Source of the DNA: Laetmonice hystrix | Lineage: Eukaryota | Length of the DNA stretch: 64,000 nucleotides | Direction: 5' to 3' | Assembly: GCA_965235115.1 (NCBI GenBank) | Contig: OZ249442.1 | Location: 8,556,001 to 8,620,000 of the forward strand | Part shown: positions 21,301 through 34,619 of the stretch, piece after piece | How positions within the stretch are numbered: position 1 is the stretch's first letter | Layout: each line of letters begins with the position of its first letter | Translations under genes and position numbers: made by a program | Notes under the pieces: generated by a model | What the model was told of the DNA's origin: nothing | The model's database searches: none | Seen by the model: the letters and a program-made list of their open reading frames with translations, nothing else

Positions 21301-23124
21301 ATTTATCCTTTATTAGTCGCGAGCTGGAAATGTTTCCGAACGGGAGCTGTGTCCACAGGAACCGGTGACCAATGATGGGCAGCCCAACTCGGTTTCCAGC
21401 TCTACAGGCAGTTGGTGACAGGCCTTTACAGCGGATTATGTAGGCCTGCTTGTCTCGTTCCTACACCCACACTCACTGCAAGATGATACGGGACTGTCGG
21501 GATTGTGAAAGATGACTGTTACAACGGGAATCCTGGAGAAAAACATGAAGGACAAGAACGAAGCAAACGACACAACTCCCATTTCAGCGGTAAGATTATA
21601 AATAGACGAGACCTACATTCAAATTGCAGATTGCTTTGCTTAGTTTGCTGAAATCGGAGGCCGGGGGCCTGTGGGAAAGGATAGGGGGCTGTTTGACCAC
21701 GGCCATCAATGATCATGATTATACGGGCCTTGTTTCATTGCGACAGGCCATTTTCAAGTTGCAAGTGTATGTGCCATTAATAGAACCATTTGGGAGCGAG
21801 AATATTCTAGTCAACAATGAATGCATTATGATTAGGAAAGTGATATCAATTATGATAAAACTCATTATTAGTTCAGTGTATTATGTGTGTTCTACTGTCG
21901 AGTATGTCTAGTTTACATCCTAATATAAGACGGAAGAGTGTGACGATCCATGGGGGTTAAGCCAACTACCCTCGGGGCAACTTCGAACTCCCTCTTTTTC
22001 CCCATTGAACGTTCTGAATTGACCATGCTGACCCCCCTTTAGCAAATTCTACCCCTGAACCCCCCCCCCCCCCCTCCAAACAAAATCGAGGATCCCGCCC
22101 AACAGGTAAACTTTGTTTCGTTACTGCTGCCACTGAATAGGGCATCATAATACAGTGAGGCTTGGCATCCCTGAAATAGATAAGAACTATACAAAATAAG
22201 CTCTATATGTCCTAAAAAGACCATGTCAAGCATCCAGAGGCCTCTGTGGCCCAAAGCTAAATGTGACTTTCCTTTTCCTGAAGTTTGGTCTCCTGGCAGT
22301 GGCATCTCTGTTAATAATAGAATATAACTGGCAAATAATGGGGGGGGGGGGTACTACACTATTACCCCCCCCCCCCAGCATTAAAGTTGGGATCGCCCCC
22401 CTTGGCCCCCGTCCCACGCCTATGTATAGTGTCCCTAGCCGTTATACCTCCTGCAGGATTATAAAAAGGACTGCATAGATCCAATTACTCGTTTCGCTGC
22501 CGCAAAGCCCCAGTGTCTCCGACGCAAACCTGACGGTGTGGCTGCCATGAACTCAATATTACCCCTGAGCCTTACCATTATGATGATAAAGGAGAGCGTA
22601 CGCTTCTGTTATTGCTTCGGTCGGCGTGCAATACACACGGATAGGCCTGTGTAATCTGTCTTAGCGTCGCTATCGAGTAAATATATATACGAATGAAATT
22701 GCAGGGCATGCAGAGTATTTGCAGGTTCTACTCTGCGTAGTGAGAAACCCGAGAGACAAACTATTAAATTCAAGTTTCTACAGCCCAAAATAAGATTGAG
22801 CCTCCGAGGGTACGTTTATTACAGCCACTACGTGACATTTTGCCATCAACAAGAGGAATTTAACTCTTAACGGTGCATATGCAATTATTGTGTAGAGGCT
22901 AAACAAAGAAATATTCGACGCTATTATTTAAAAAAAATGAATAAATGAAAAAAAAAACTAATAACATAATTTACCGAATGCACGTTATATTCCATTTACC
23001 TTGAATCATGTTTCACATTTCTGTGCTATCCATTATGTAAAGAAATGATATTGCCACACGCATTGCTGCAATGTGTTGTTGTAGTGAAATTAATAACTGT
23101 CAGTAATACTGACAGAGAACACGG

Positions 23125-24202
23125 GGCAATAATACCAGCCCTTGTCCACACCGACGAATTGATACAGTCTGAAACACAGCAATAATACCAGCTCTTGTGC
23201 ACACCTACGAATTGATACAGTCTGAAACACAGCAATAATACCAGCCCTTGTCCACACCGACGAATTGATACAGTCTGAAACACTGAGCAATAATACCAGC
23301 CCTTGTCCACACCGACGAATTGATACAGTCTGAGACACAACAATAATACCAGCCCTTGTCCACACCGACGAATTGATACAGTCTGAAACACAGCAATAAT
23401 ACCAGCTCTTGTGCAGACCTACGAATTGATACAGTCTGAAACACAGCAATAATACCAGCCCTTGTCCACACCGACGAATTGATACAGTCTGAAACACAGC
23501 AATAATACCAGCCCTTGTCCACACCGACGAATTGATACAGTCTGAGACACAACAATAATACCAGCCCTTGTCCACACCGACGAATTGATACAGTCTGAGA
23601 CACAACAATAATACCAGCCCTTGTCCACACCGACGAATTGATACAGTCTGAGACACAACAATAATACCAGCCCTTGTCCACACCGACGAATTGATACAGT
23701 CTGAAACACAACAATAATACCAGCCCTTGTCCACACCGACGAATTGATACAGTCTGAAACACAACAATAATACCAGCCGCTGTCCACACCGACGAATTGA
23801 TACAGTCTGAAACACAGCAATAATACCAGTCATTTTCCTCACCGACGAATTGATACAGTCTGAAACACAGCAATAATACCAGTCATTGTCCTCACCGACG
23901 AATTGATACAGTCTGAAACACAGCAATAATACCAGTCATTGTCCTCACCGACGAATTAATACAGTCTGAAACACAGCAATAATACCAGTCATTGTCCTCA
24001 ACGACGAATTAATACAGTCTGAAACACAACAATAATACCAGTCATTGTCCTCAACGACGAATTAATACAGTCTGAAACACAACAATAATACCAGTCATTG
24101 TCCTCAACGACGAATTAATACAGTCTGAAACACAACAATAATACCAGCCCTTGTCCACACCGACGAATTAATACAATCTGAAACACAGCAATAATACCAG
24201 CC
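23125..24202. repeat. 53-bp minisatellite, about 20 copies
   Basis: Unit ACCAGCCCTTGTCCACACCGACGAATTGATACAGTCTGAAACACAGCAATAAT. Confidence 0.97.
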
Positions 24203-24669
24203 CAAGTGACCACATCAATGAATTCGTCGGATAACAAAAGGGGGTAAAAGACATTTTGCCGACAGTCAGATTTTGTGTACAGTGGTTAGGTAGGCACATG
24301 GTAGAAATCCCTCTTCAAAAAGTTAGAACAGAACTTTTCACAAAAGTTATTTATAGGCCTACTGTCTGAGTCGCACAAACAGAGCCATGAACGACAGTGA
24401 CGTGTCTGTTTCGTATTAGTGCAAAGATTATAATACCTGTATATTGCCACTTCCCAGGTGATGAAACAAACTAATTGTTAACGTCTAGCCTTGCAACTAA
24501 TGAGGTATACAAATATAGTGTGTGCCTTTTAAAATAACCAATTAATTAATAAAGTCTTAAGTAATAACGGTTCTCGTAACAATTGTTACAATCTTCCGCC
24601 CTTCCGCTCGCTTTAGTTTCTTCTTAATTTCCTTATACATATATGTATTGTATCTTTTATACATTGTAT

Positions 24670-25203
24670 ACTGTAAACATTACTGCTCCCTTTTATCACT
24701 GTTACTGGCTGAGACTAGCGCTATAATATCACTGTAAACATCACTGCTCCCTTTTATCACTGTTACTGGCTGAGACTAGCGCTATAATATCACTGTAAAC
24801 ATTATATCACTGCTCCCTTTTATCACTGTAAACATATATCACTGCTCCCTTTTATCACTGTTACTGGCTGAGACTAGCGCTATAATATCACTGTAAACAT
24901 ATATCACTGCCCCCTTTTATCACTGTTACTGGCTGAGACTAGCGCTATAATATCACTGTAAACATCACAGCTCCTTTTATCACTGTTACTGGCTGAGACT
25001 AGCGCTATAATATCACTGTAAACATTATATCATTGCTCCCTTTTATCACTGTTACTGGCTGAGAGTAGCGCTATAATATCACTGTAAACATTACATCATT
25101 GCTCCCTTTTATCACTGTTACTGGCTGAGACTAGCGCTATAATATCACTGTAAACATTACTGCTCCCTTTTATCACTGTTACTGACTGAGACTAGCGCTA
25201 TAA
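24670..25203. repeat. Minisatellite of about 60 bp, about 9 copies
   Basis: Unit CACTGTAAACATTACTGCTCCCTTTTATCACTGTTACTGGCTGAGACTAGCGCTATAATAT. Confidence 0.95.
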
Positions 25204-25499
25204 TGTCTTCTGAGTTATTCGGTATTGGAGTCTCGGGCAGTCAGCCTCAGGTCGTCATTGCGCTAACCTATACACGACGCAATAAACCGTTGTCACTACG
25301 TTATCATCAACCCACTTGGAAACCTTGACCAGTCAGAGCATAGCCCCACGGAATTACATTGCCATATGGTAAATAACACTGGTTCTATGCAAGTACATCC
25401 ATATATCATACATTATAGGATATATAGGCCTACCCGGTATGGATTGGTACGTAGCTGTATAGGCCCTACGTATCTGGGTGTCTATATGTTCCATGCATC

Positions 25500-26032
25500 T
25501 ACAGGCACGTCTTTACGGACAGGTGCAGGCACGTCTTTACGGACAGGTGCAGGCACGTCTTTACGGACAGGTGCAGGCACGTCTTTATTATACAGGAGCA
25601 GGCACGTCTTTACGGACAGGTGAAGGCATGTCTTTACACACGGGTGCAAGCACGTCTTTATGTACAGGAGCAAACACGTCTTTACGGACAGGTGCAGGCA
25701 CGTCTTTACGGACAGGTGAAGGCACGTCTTTACGGACAGGTGCAGGCACGTCTTTACGGACAAGTGCAGGCACGTCTTTACGGACAAGTGCAGGCACGCT
25801 TTTACGGAAAGGTTAAGGCGTGTATTTACACACAGGTGCAAGCACGACTTTATGTACAGGAGCAGCCACGCTTTACAGATAGGTGCAGGCACGTCTTTAC
25901 GGACGGGTGCAGGCACGTCTTTACGGACAGGTGCAAGCACGACTTTATATACAGGAGCAGCCACGTCTTTACAGATAGGTGCAGGCACGTCTTTACGGAC
26001 AGGTGCAGGCACGTCTTTACGGACAGGTGCAG
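25500..26032. repeat. 24-bp minisatellite, about 22 copies
   Basis: Unit GCAGGCACGTCTTTACGGACAGGT. Confidence 0.95.
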
Positions 26033-29000
26033 GAGTCATATCGTCCTTTTGTTTGTCATGACCGGAGTTATAACAAGAAATCTGTTTTTAAAAAACAGGG
26101 TGTTGTTTTTAATGGGTTACAAAATGGAACCTTCTAATTGGAGTTTAATACAAAGCTGTCTGAAAGATTTTATGACATGAGGTTCAAAGTGTACGACTTG
26201 GTATAGGCCTACGTTTTTATTGGCATCACGTTTATAAATGGTCCTTTAACCATTGTTAGACATGCTAGCCACTCTTTGATTCGGAGGTCAGAGTGACGTG
26301 CTCCCCCTTCAGGTTGCCGAGCAGTTTTCTTATTTTTACCGCAGTATTAAGGGGCAGACAATTTAATAGCTGGGGGTATGGGTTTTTTTTCGAAAAAAGG
26401 TTGACCAAGGTGGCAGGAGATGGTCGGACCGTCAGAAGGCCTAGATTTTGTTCCCAGATGCCAGGAAAACGTATATTTTGCACTTTAATTTTCAAATTTT
26501 TCTGCATGGGGGAGGGCCACCAGCCCCCCCCCCCCCCCCGCTCGAGGCTTCGCGCCTTTGACGCTTTCATCACTGGTCTGCACTTCAAAACTTGGAACTT
26601 GGGACCTATGATTTGGTCTTTGCCCCCCCCCCACCTGTGAATATCTTCCGGCGCCTATGTCTGTGGAACAGGAATTTACTGGATTACGGGATAACATCAT
26701 GGTTGCTGCAGAATTATGTCCTGGAAAAAAAGTTTGTCTCTGCAACCTCGGGAAAAAATTGTTTGCTTTTGATCAGGGAGAAAAAAATAGTTTTTTGTTG
26801 GAAGTAAAAAAAAAAGTTTGGTCAGAAAGAAAAACCATACCCTCCCCCCCCCCAGCTATTAAATGGTCTAGAGTCTACCCCTAATGCCACTTTAATTTAT
26901 AAGGGTGACGTGAGAACTGCTCAGTAGGCCTCGTCAGTTATTGTTCTCACATGCTGAAAATGGGGGTTGCAGTGGTGTAGGAAGGGAAAAAATATTGGGG
27001 GGGGGGGGGCAGAAGTAATGTCACAATGACTTACGCCTATGGCTCTACATTGAGCCTGCGGTGATTTTATGAATGATTGGGGGGTAGCTGCAGCAGCCCC
27101 CTGAGCTAGGGCTGTCCATCTGTCGCATTGTCGCAAAAAATGTGCGACAAGGACCCAGAAATTTGCGACAAGGGCCCCCCCCCCCCCCCCAAAAAAAAAA
27201 AGACACCCCAAAGACCAGACACTTTGCTCCAATCAGTTGGAATTCTGCTCCAGGATTTGCAAGGGTGGCCACTGCCCAGCCCTGCCCCTCTGCCCCCAGC
27301 TTCCTATGCCACTGGGTTGTAGCGGCCAGCTTTGACAGAACACGTTTAGTTGTCGAGTGACCCTGGCCCAGCGATTCTTGGACCCTCTGCGAGGAGGCCC
27401 GTTATCGCAACTTTGCGGCCTTCGTTTTGGTACTAAACTTCTTCCACGGAGCATGAAATCGATTTTTATTTAGAGATCCACGGTATTCCTATTTCTATTC
27501 CGACCTTGATTATAATTATTGGACATAATTATATAACGTCCACACGGTCCGGTTGTTTACGAGCAAGTCGGGTCCGTAGCGCCGTCAACCATCTGCGGTG
27601 CACCGAGTGAGCGGGAACTGATAAAGTTAGATCGCTCGGGACTGGTATCCGAAACGGGTTGCTTCAATCTGTGCTTGTGCAGGTAGCACGATCTACTTAT
27701 GCGGTCCGTTCCGGATCGACTGTAGAGGTCGGAAACACGCACACCCGATAAACTGGGTCACCGCTTGTCCCGTGCGCTGCGCTGTACTTGACCAAACAAA
27801 CTGAGAATTTCACCTACCATGATAACATCCAACAAAATACATTTACGTATCTGTTGAAGTAACCTCTTTTGTGTAGGCCTACTCATAGCGAATTTCAGTG
27901 CCAAAAGTGGTCTGAAACATGATCGACTTTGAGGCGATGATGCACGATAGGATCGAGATATAACCCCGGAAGCATTATAGCGGTCGCTCGACGACAGATC
28001 ACCAGCGTGACAACAACTAGGTCACAAAACCTTGTGCTTTGCGGTACTACTCGATGTTTTTACCCTAATCCATGGGAGTTGTACACACAATTTGATGACG
28101 TTTTCGACATCTCTAGCAACTGAACTTTCCAGACACAATGTGTTGTTTTATACCAACCTCTGTATGACACTTATCTTTTTTGGTCATAGCCTTTAGGAAC
28201 AACACAAAAACCAATAGATAAAGTCCAGACTAACATATCACCATCTATACGTCAGGGGACAAATATGCCCCCTATCGTTAAACCCGAGAAATACCTACAG
28301 CGCCCTCTGTTGGTATTACAAGATCTTGTCTGTCGACAATCCGTATTTACATGTTATGTAGTTTCAAGCCGTCGCCGTCATAATGCGCTTCGCTTCATTT
28401 CGGTACCTTTCAGACGAGCTCCAATAGCGGAGCGAAAAAGCGAACTGTATTCTAGAATTCGGGTAGAAAATACGAAATCTAGAATTCGGTTCGGATGCGC
28501 ATTGTTGCCTAACCTAAAATTTTCCTAAATCTGTAGGGCCTTCCTCTCCGTCCCAGACATTGAATTGGTGTAAGCACCATGACAGGAATGTTGTGGGCAT
28601 CCAACAATTTGAAATCAAGGTATTCCTGGTTCCTGGTTCCCATTTTTCACTGTCATAACGAAGATTCCCGGTCACTGAGTCATATTATGTAGGCCTACAA
28701 TATAGTCGTGTGCTATCCAGATAAGAGAGAACCTGCCAATAGTTCGAATTTATCGCGGATAAAGTTGTCTACACGCCTTTGATTATAACATGACAATATT
28801 GTTAAAAGTTAGCGGTTCTACCTTTTCTCTGAGGAGTACCGCTGTACCACGTTTTAGATACCGGCCTGATTAGGAATAGGTAGTAGTGGTTCTCAGCCAT
28901 ATCGCCGTGCTACCCTTTCTCTGAGGAGGAGTACGATGACCTCTACAAGTGATTGTTCACCTGTAACACACACGAATAAGGTGATGTTGGTGACAGGTTC

Positions 29001-29869
29001 GAGAGGGAATGGACTATGATCGATTTTCACTTATGTAAATACAAATGTACAACAAACTGTCAGAAATTCCCAATGGTCAAGTGAGAATAAAATTATGGTG
29101 ACAACTATTACTGCTATGATCAAAGAGTGTAATAATAAAAGGAATTTACCAGTTCCCCGTGATTCTACTATTTACATAAGGAATTTAAATATTAGAAGTC
29201 ATGATGGATCTGTTGTATGTATGTAGACCGAAATCTACTCTATACTAAATTTAGTAATTCGGTAGTCTACAAAGAGCCACTCCCTAACGTAACAAATAAG
29301 AGTGAATTTTCAAACTGTATAAAGTCGTACTATTGGGATCTCTATTAGAGCACAACAACTCTAATGTATGTGATATGTTATCTTTATTTATATTACAGAT
29401 AAATATTATGCTACCACAGTAATTGATAACCCTCTATAATAAATTACCCTTGAACAACTCACCCCATTCCATCACATTATCAACTTTAGCTTCAGTCTCC
29501 TGACCGCGTTGTGAAAATTCCTGAAATCATACATTGTTGGTCGCTGTCGGTTTTTGTATGGAGTTGATATCAACGAGAAATGTGAACATCTAAATATCAG
29601 ATATCAGATATCAGTATCTTGTTTGTGGCCCCAAATGTCTTTTTATGACAGATATACAATATGTGTAATACAACAAGGTCAGAACGCCCTAGAGCCTCGT
29701 TCGTTCAGGCGACCGAGTCTCCGGGCTTGTAGTTTTAAGAGTCTATTCACGCTGGGAGAAAGACACACATCATGTAGGCGGACATAGAGCCATGGAGGAA
29801 CAAAACGAAGGAATTGTTATACTGTTCACTTATGTCAAACGGCATCGCTGAATTCTGTGGCGAGCTACA

Positions 29870-30317
29870 CGCATTATGGACCATACACCACTACATGCAT
29901 TATGGACCATAAACCTCTACATACATTATGGACCATAAACCTCTACATACATCATGGACCATAAACTACATGCATCATGGACCATAAACCTCTACATGCA
30001 TTATGGACCATAAACCTCTACATACATTATGGACCATAAACCTCTACATGCATTATGGACCATAAACCTCTACATACATTATGGACCATAAACCTCTACA
30101 TGCATTATGGACCATAAACTACATGCATTATGGACCATAAACCTCTACATACATTATGGACCATAAACCTCTACATACATTATGGACCATAAACCTCTAC
30201 ATGCATTATGGACCATAAACTACATGCATTATGGACCATAAACCTCTACATACATCATGGACCATAAACTACATGCATTATGGACCATAAACCTCTACAT
30301 GCATTATGGACCATAAC
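29870..30317. repeat. 22/26-bp minisatellite
   Basis: Unit ATGCATTATGGACCATAAAC(CTCT)AC. Confidence 0.95.
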
Positions 30318-30474
30318 CCTCTAGGCCTCAAAGGGTGAGAGGACGGTCCTTACAAACTTCCGTGACGATCTTTGTTTAGGCCAGCACACGACGACATGTA
30401 CATGACACAGTTGATGCCGGATGTCTAGATTAGTGTAGGTCCTACGAAACCTATAACATGAATGGCAGAGTCCC

Positions 30475-31194
30475 AAAGACGGTTCGATTCACCTCCCTGG
30501 GGGTCGAGGTAAGTTTGTAAAGACGGTTCGATTCACCTCCCTGAGGGTCGAGGTAAGTTTGTAAAGACGGTTCGATTCACCTCCCTGGGGGTCGAGGTAA
30601 GTTTGTAAAGACGGTTCGATTCACCTCCCTGAGGGTCGAGGTAAGTTTGTAAAGACGGTTCGATTCACCTCCCTGGGGGTCGAGGTAAGTTTGTAAAGAC
30701 GGTTCGATTCACCTCCCTGGGGGTCGAGGTAAGTTTGTAAAGACGGTTCGATTCACCTCCCTGGGGGTCGAGGTAAGTTTGTAAAGACGGTTCGATTCAC
30801 CTCCCTGGGGGTCGAGGTAAGTTTGTAAAGATTCGGTTCACCTCCCTGAGGGTCGAGGTAAGTTTGTAAAGATTCGATTCACCTCCCTGAGGGTCGAGGT
30901 AAGTTTGTAAAGACGGTTCAATTCACCTCCCTGGGGGTCGAGGTAAGTTTGTAAAGATTCGATTCACCTCCCTGGGGGTCGAGGTAAGTTTACGGTTCGA
31001 TTCACCTCCCTGGGGGTCGAGGTAAGTTTGTAAAGATTCGATTCACCTCCCTGGGGGTCGAGGTAAGTTTGTAAAGATTCGATTCACCTCCCTGGGGGTC
31101 GAGATAAGTTTGTAAAGATTCGATTCACCTCCCTAGGGGTCGAGGTAAGTTTGTAAAGATTCGATTCACCTCCCTGAGGGTCGAGGTAAGTTTG
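30475..31194 (+). repeat. 40/44-bp minisatellite, 17 copies, with B-box-like GGTTCGATTC and donor consensus GAG|GTAAGT
   Basis: Unit AAAGACGGTTCGATTCACCTCCCTGGGGGTCGAGGTAAGTTTGT. Confidence 0.95.
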
Positions 31195-31419
31195 GGACGC
31201 CTCTTCTCTTCATTCAGTGCCTTCCCAAAGGGCGCGTTCATTGTTCCGTCTATGTTCTACGGATGTATACCGCTGAGTGAGGTTGATAGCCTACCTAACT
31301 ATATGCTTAAGAACACAAATGTATGCATTATCTATCGCTACTGCAATCCCCATTCATATCCGTATACAATACATACCGGAATCAGGTTACATCGACCGTA
31401 TACTTCAACCTATATGCCA

Positions 31420-31945
31420 GGATGAAATCACTGTAGAGTGTTCAGAACCTAGGATAAAATTACTCTAGAGTGTTTGAACCTAGGATGAAATCACTCTATA
31501 TAGAGTGTTCTGAACCTAGGATGAGATCGCTCTAGAGTGTTCTGATCCTAAGATGAAATCACTCTAGAGTGTTCTGAACCTAGGATGGAATCACTCTATA
31601 AGAGTGTTCTGATCCTAAGATGAAACCACTCTAGAGTGTTCTGAACCTAGGATGGAATCACTCTATAAGAGTGTTCTGATCCTAAGATGAAATCACTCTA
31701 GAGTGTTCTGAACCTAGGATGGAATCACTCTATAAGAGTGTTCTGATCCTAGATGAAATCACTCTAGAGTGTTCTGAACCTAGGATGGAATCACTCTAGA
31801 GTGTTCTGAACCTAGGATGGAATCACTCTATAAGAGTGTTCTGATCCTTGGATGAAATCACTCTAGAGTGTTCTGATCCTTGGATGAAATCACTCTAGAG
31901 TGTTCTGAACCTAGGATGGAATCACTCTAGAGTGTTCTGAACCTA
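31420..31945. repeat. Minisatellite of about 33-37 bp, about 15 copies
   Basis: Unit GAACCTAGGATGAAATCACTCTAGAGTGTTCT. Confidence 0.95.
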
Positions 31946-32049
31946 GGATGAAATCACTCTAGAGCAGTGGCGAATCCGGGGGGGGGGGGGCGCAGGAGGC
32001 GCCCCTCTATTTTGGTCAGACTAATCTTTAAAATCTGGTAGCAAATTAA

Positions 32050-32493
32050 AGGGAGGAACAACACCCACGGCAAATAAGGTTTCATACACCAAATGAAACA
32101 CCAGCATCTACCTCAGGGCAATAAATGTCACAATTACGTTGTCAGAATGAAGTAATTAACGTGTATAACCGCCCGATGTATGACGCCGCTGGTTCTTACC
32201 TTGACCTTCTTGTGTGTTCATCAGAGCCGAATGCTGCACACCGCGGCGTATTGCGTAACATTACGTGTTACTCTGCTCACAGACCTTGTCTACACGATGT
32301 TTGGAATCCCAACGTTTGTAAACGTCCGAGGGTAATAAACACACAAGCAAAACCAGCGGCGTCACACATCGGGCGTTTACACGTTAATTACTTCATTCAG
32401 ACAACGTAATTGTGGCATTTATTGCCCTGAGGTAAATGCTGGTGTTTCATTTGGTCTACGAAACCTTATTTGCCGTGTGGGTTTTCCCTCCCT
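32050..32493. mobile_element. Kolobok-type MITE (TTAA TSD, TIRs of about 100 bp)
   Basis: TTAA|AGGGAGG...CCTCCCT|TTAA. Arms 32050-32147 and 32400-32493 are near reverse complements. Confidence 0.8.
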
Positions 32494-32811
32494 TTAATGG
32501 TCATTAAACATAAAACGGCCCTTAATTCCCGTACTGCACCCAACTCTTAAATCTACAGCAGATACTGCTGTGATATAGCCACAGGGTTAGTGTAGGCCTA
32601 TTAATGTAGTGGGCAGTGCAGCCTGGAGTTTAACTGTACAGGGCAGTTGGCTTCCAGGTGCTGATGCTATATATAGGCTGGTAGGCCTCTGGCTACTGGG
32701 GGAATCCCCGGGTTCCATACTGTTACTAGGCCACTAGGGCCCTGTAAAATCCGTAATGCGGAATTCACGGGCGGAATCGCGGAATTAGCCATAACACACG
32801 GAAGTCCAGCG

Positions 32812-33204
32812 CAGGGTGTCAAGTGCGAATGACCCTCAAAAAAATAGGAAAATAGGAATTTACTGTGGCAAAAAAATAGGAATAAAATAGGAATATCAAA
32901 CAGAAAATACATGTACATATATGGAAAATATGATTTTTTTTAATAGTCACTATCGACTTAGATAAACATGTAATCTTTTTTGACTAATTTCTTGAGATTC
33001 TAAAGCTTAAGTCCTTGTAAAAAATGCCCAGCGACGAGATGGTGTTCACTTTGGTACCATTTATTGAAATTCACGCAATTTTACGATTTATAAAAATCGA
33101 CAAAAGACATGTGTAGAAATACTTTAGGGATCTATACTGCCCCAAAATAGAAAAAAATAGGAATGATGCCGAAAAATAGGAAAAAATAGGAACTTGACAC
33201 CCTG
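32812..33204. mobile_element. Non-autonomous TIR element (CAGGGTGTCAAGT / ACTTGACACCCTG)
   Basis: 13-bp perfect TIR, CCAGCG on both flanks, internal AAAATAGGAA subterminal repeats. Confidence 0.75.
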
Positions 33205-34262
33205 CCAGCGTGGCACAGAAAATGACCTTTTTACTACTGAATTCCCCAGCCCACCGTGTAAAGAGGGAGATTATTTGAAAGTGGATTGTATAAATCTACC
33301 CCATCTTAACCTTGTCTGCTAAATTTGGCTCCCCACCATTGTTTTCCTTTTCACAGCTTTCCCAAGGTGTTGAGTGATGTCAGAAATGATGACCATCAGT
33401 GGCACCTGACATGAACTTTCACACCTGTTGTCTTTGTGACACAAGTGGCTGTTCCACACTGTCTCACACAGAACCAACTTTGGTCAGAACCAACAGGTGC
33501 AGCCTGCATCTCCAGATGGCACCTTAGTCAGCATTGCTGAATTTGTGTCAGACAGAAAATACTGTAACGGGAAAAAACGGAATTTCCAAAAATTTCGCAC
33601 GAAAAAAACCCCCGGATTTCTTATTTTCAAAATGGAATTCTATTTCCTGGCCACGATCACGGAATTTGACTGGCTCCATAATAACTTGTGCTGTTTCATA
33701 CAATAAAGATGGTGTTTACAAAGGATGTGTTTCGCTAATGCATTGAATTTTAACAGATAGGCCTAGACTACTTTTGCAAATGTAACAAAACCCCCCAGAA
33801 AATGATAGGCCTACTGCAATAATAACACGGAAAACAGAATGGAATTGGCCTCCGAATGTACTGTATTGCACGTGATTTCAATTGGTCTGCGATTTCGCGA
33901 GGTTGTCGCGCTCAACCTGCACAAGGCACGAATGACCGTTTAACTGGAGCACAAATCATGTCAGCCTATATCGTGAGAAAGCTCATCTCAGCCTATGTGA
34001 GGACGCCGCGCCACTTAATACGCTTTCTCACTCTGGAGCCTAAAGTATCAAAAGTACAAAATACCAGTAACCAGTAGGACATAGGCTAGAATCCGTACAG
34101 CAGAGGGCATAGGCCTACCTATGAATCATGTCGTTAGTTTTCCAGATGAGCTCGTTTAAATGAGGTCATTGCAACGTCAACAGATTCCACGTCGAGGCCT
34201 ATGGGATTCTGATTGATTCTGGGGCGCTAACCATGGTCGTGATAATGTTTCAGGAGTTCGCA

Positions 34263-34619
34263 ATGGGGCGGCAGGCGGCTGATGGGAGTCCCCAAACTTA
34301 CGACAACACGTCCTTGACATTGCCATCAAACGGCCGCGTCTTCAACCACGGCCCGGGGACCACGGTGGTCCCGATGGACGACGACGACGACGACGACCTG
34401 ACGCCGATAGAGCGGCCGTCCTCAGTACAACTGGAGGACAAAGTGGACCTCTTCACTGAGTCGGGTCACCACGGCACGGTCGGACCGGAGTCTGGACGCG
34501 GGGAGCGCCCCCAACCGGCCGTCAACAGAACCATGGACGTCCCGGAACGTAAACGGAGCGCGTGCTCCTTGAACGAAAACGAGGACCGCGGCAGCAGATG
34601 GTCCATCAGTTTTATCAGG
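34263..34619 (+). CDS. ADCY2: Adenylate cyclase exon 1 (N-terminal cytosolic tail)
   Basis: Acceptor TTTCAG at 34253, ATG at 34263, donor AGG|GTGAGT. Confidence 0.75.

Noticed and set aside
23026-26180. Cys-rich and other repeat ORFs (23026-23926, 25478-26180)
   Set aside because: They are produced by 53-bp and 24-bp minisatellites and are open in several frames and on both strands.
27541-27830. CpG-rich segment as a gene start (ORF 27557-27742, or ATG|GTAGGT on the minus strand at 27820)
   Set aside because: The ORF starts with GTG, is short and has no recognisable domain, and no partner exon was found. It remains only a possible promoter.
23125-31945. Regular arrays as CRISPR loci
   Set aside because: Units are head-to-tail with no unique spacers, there are no cas genes, and the context is eukaryotic. 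These are ordinary minisatellites.
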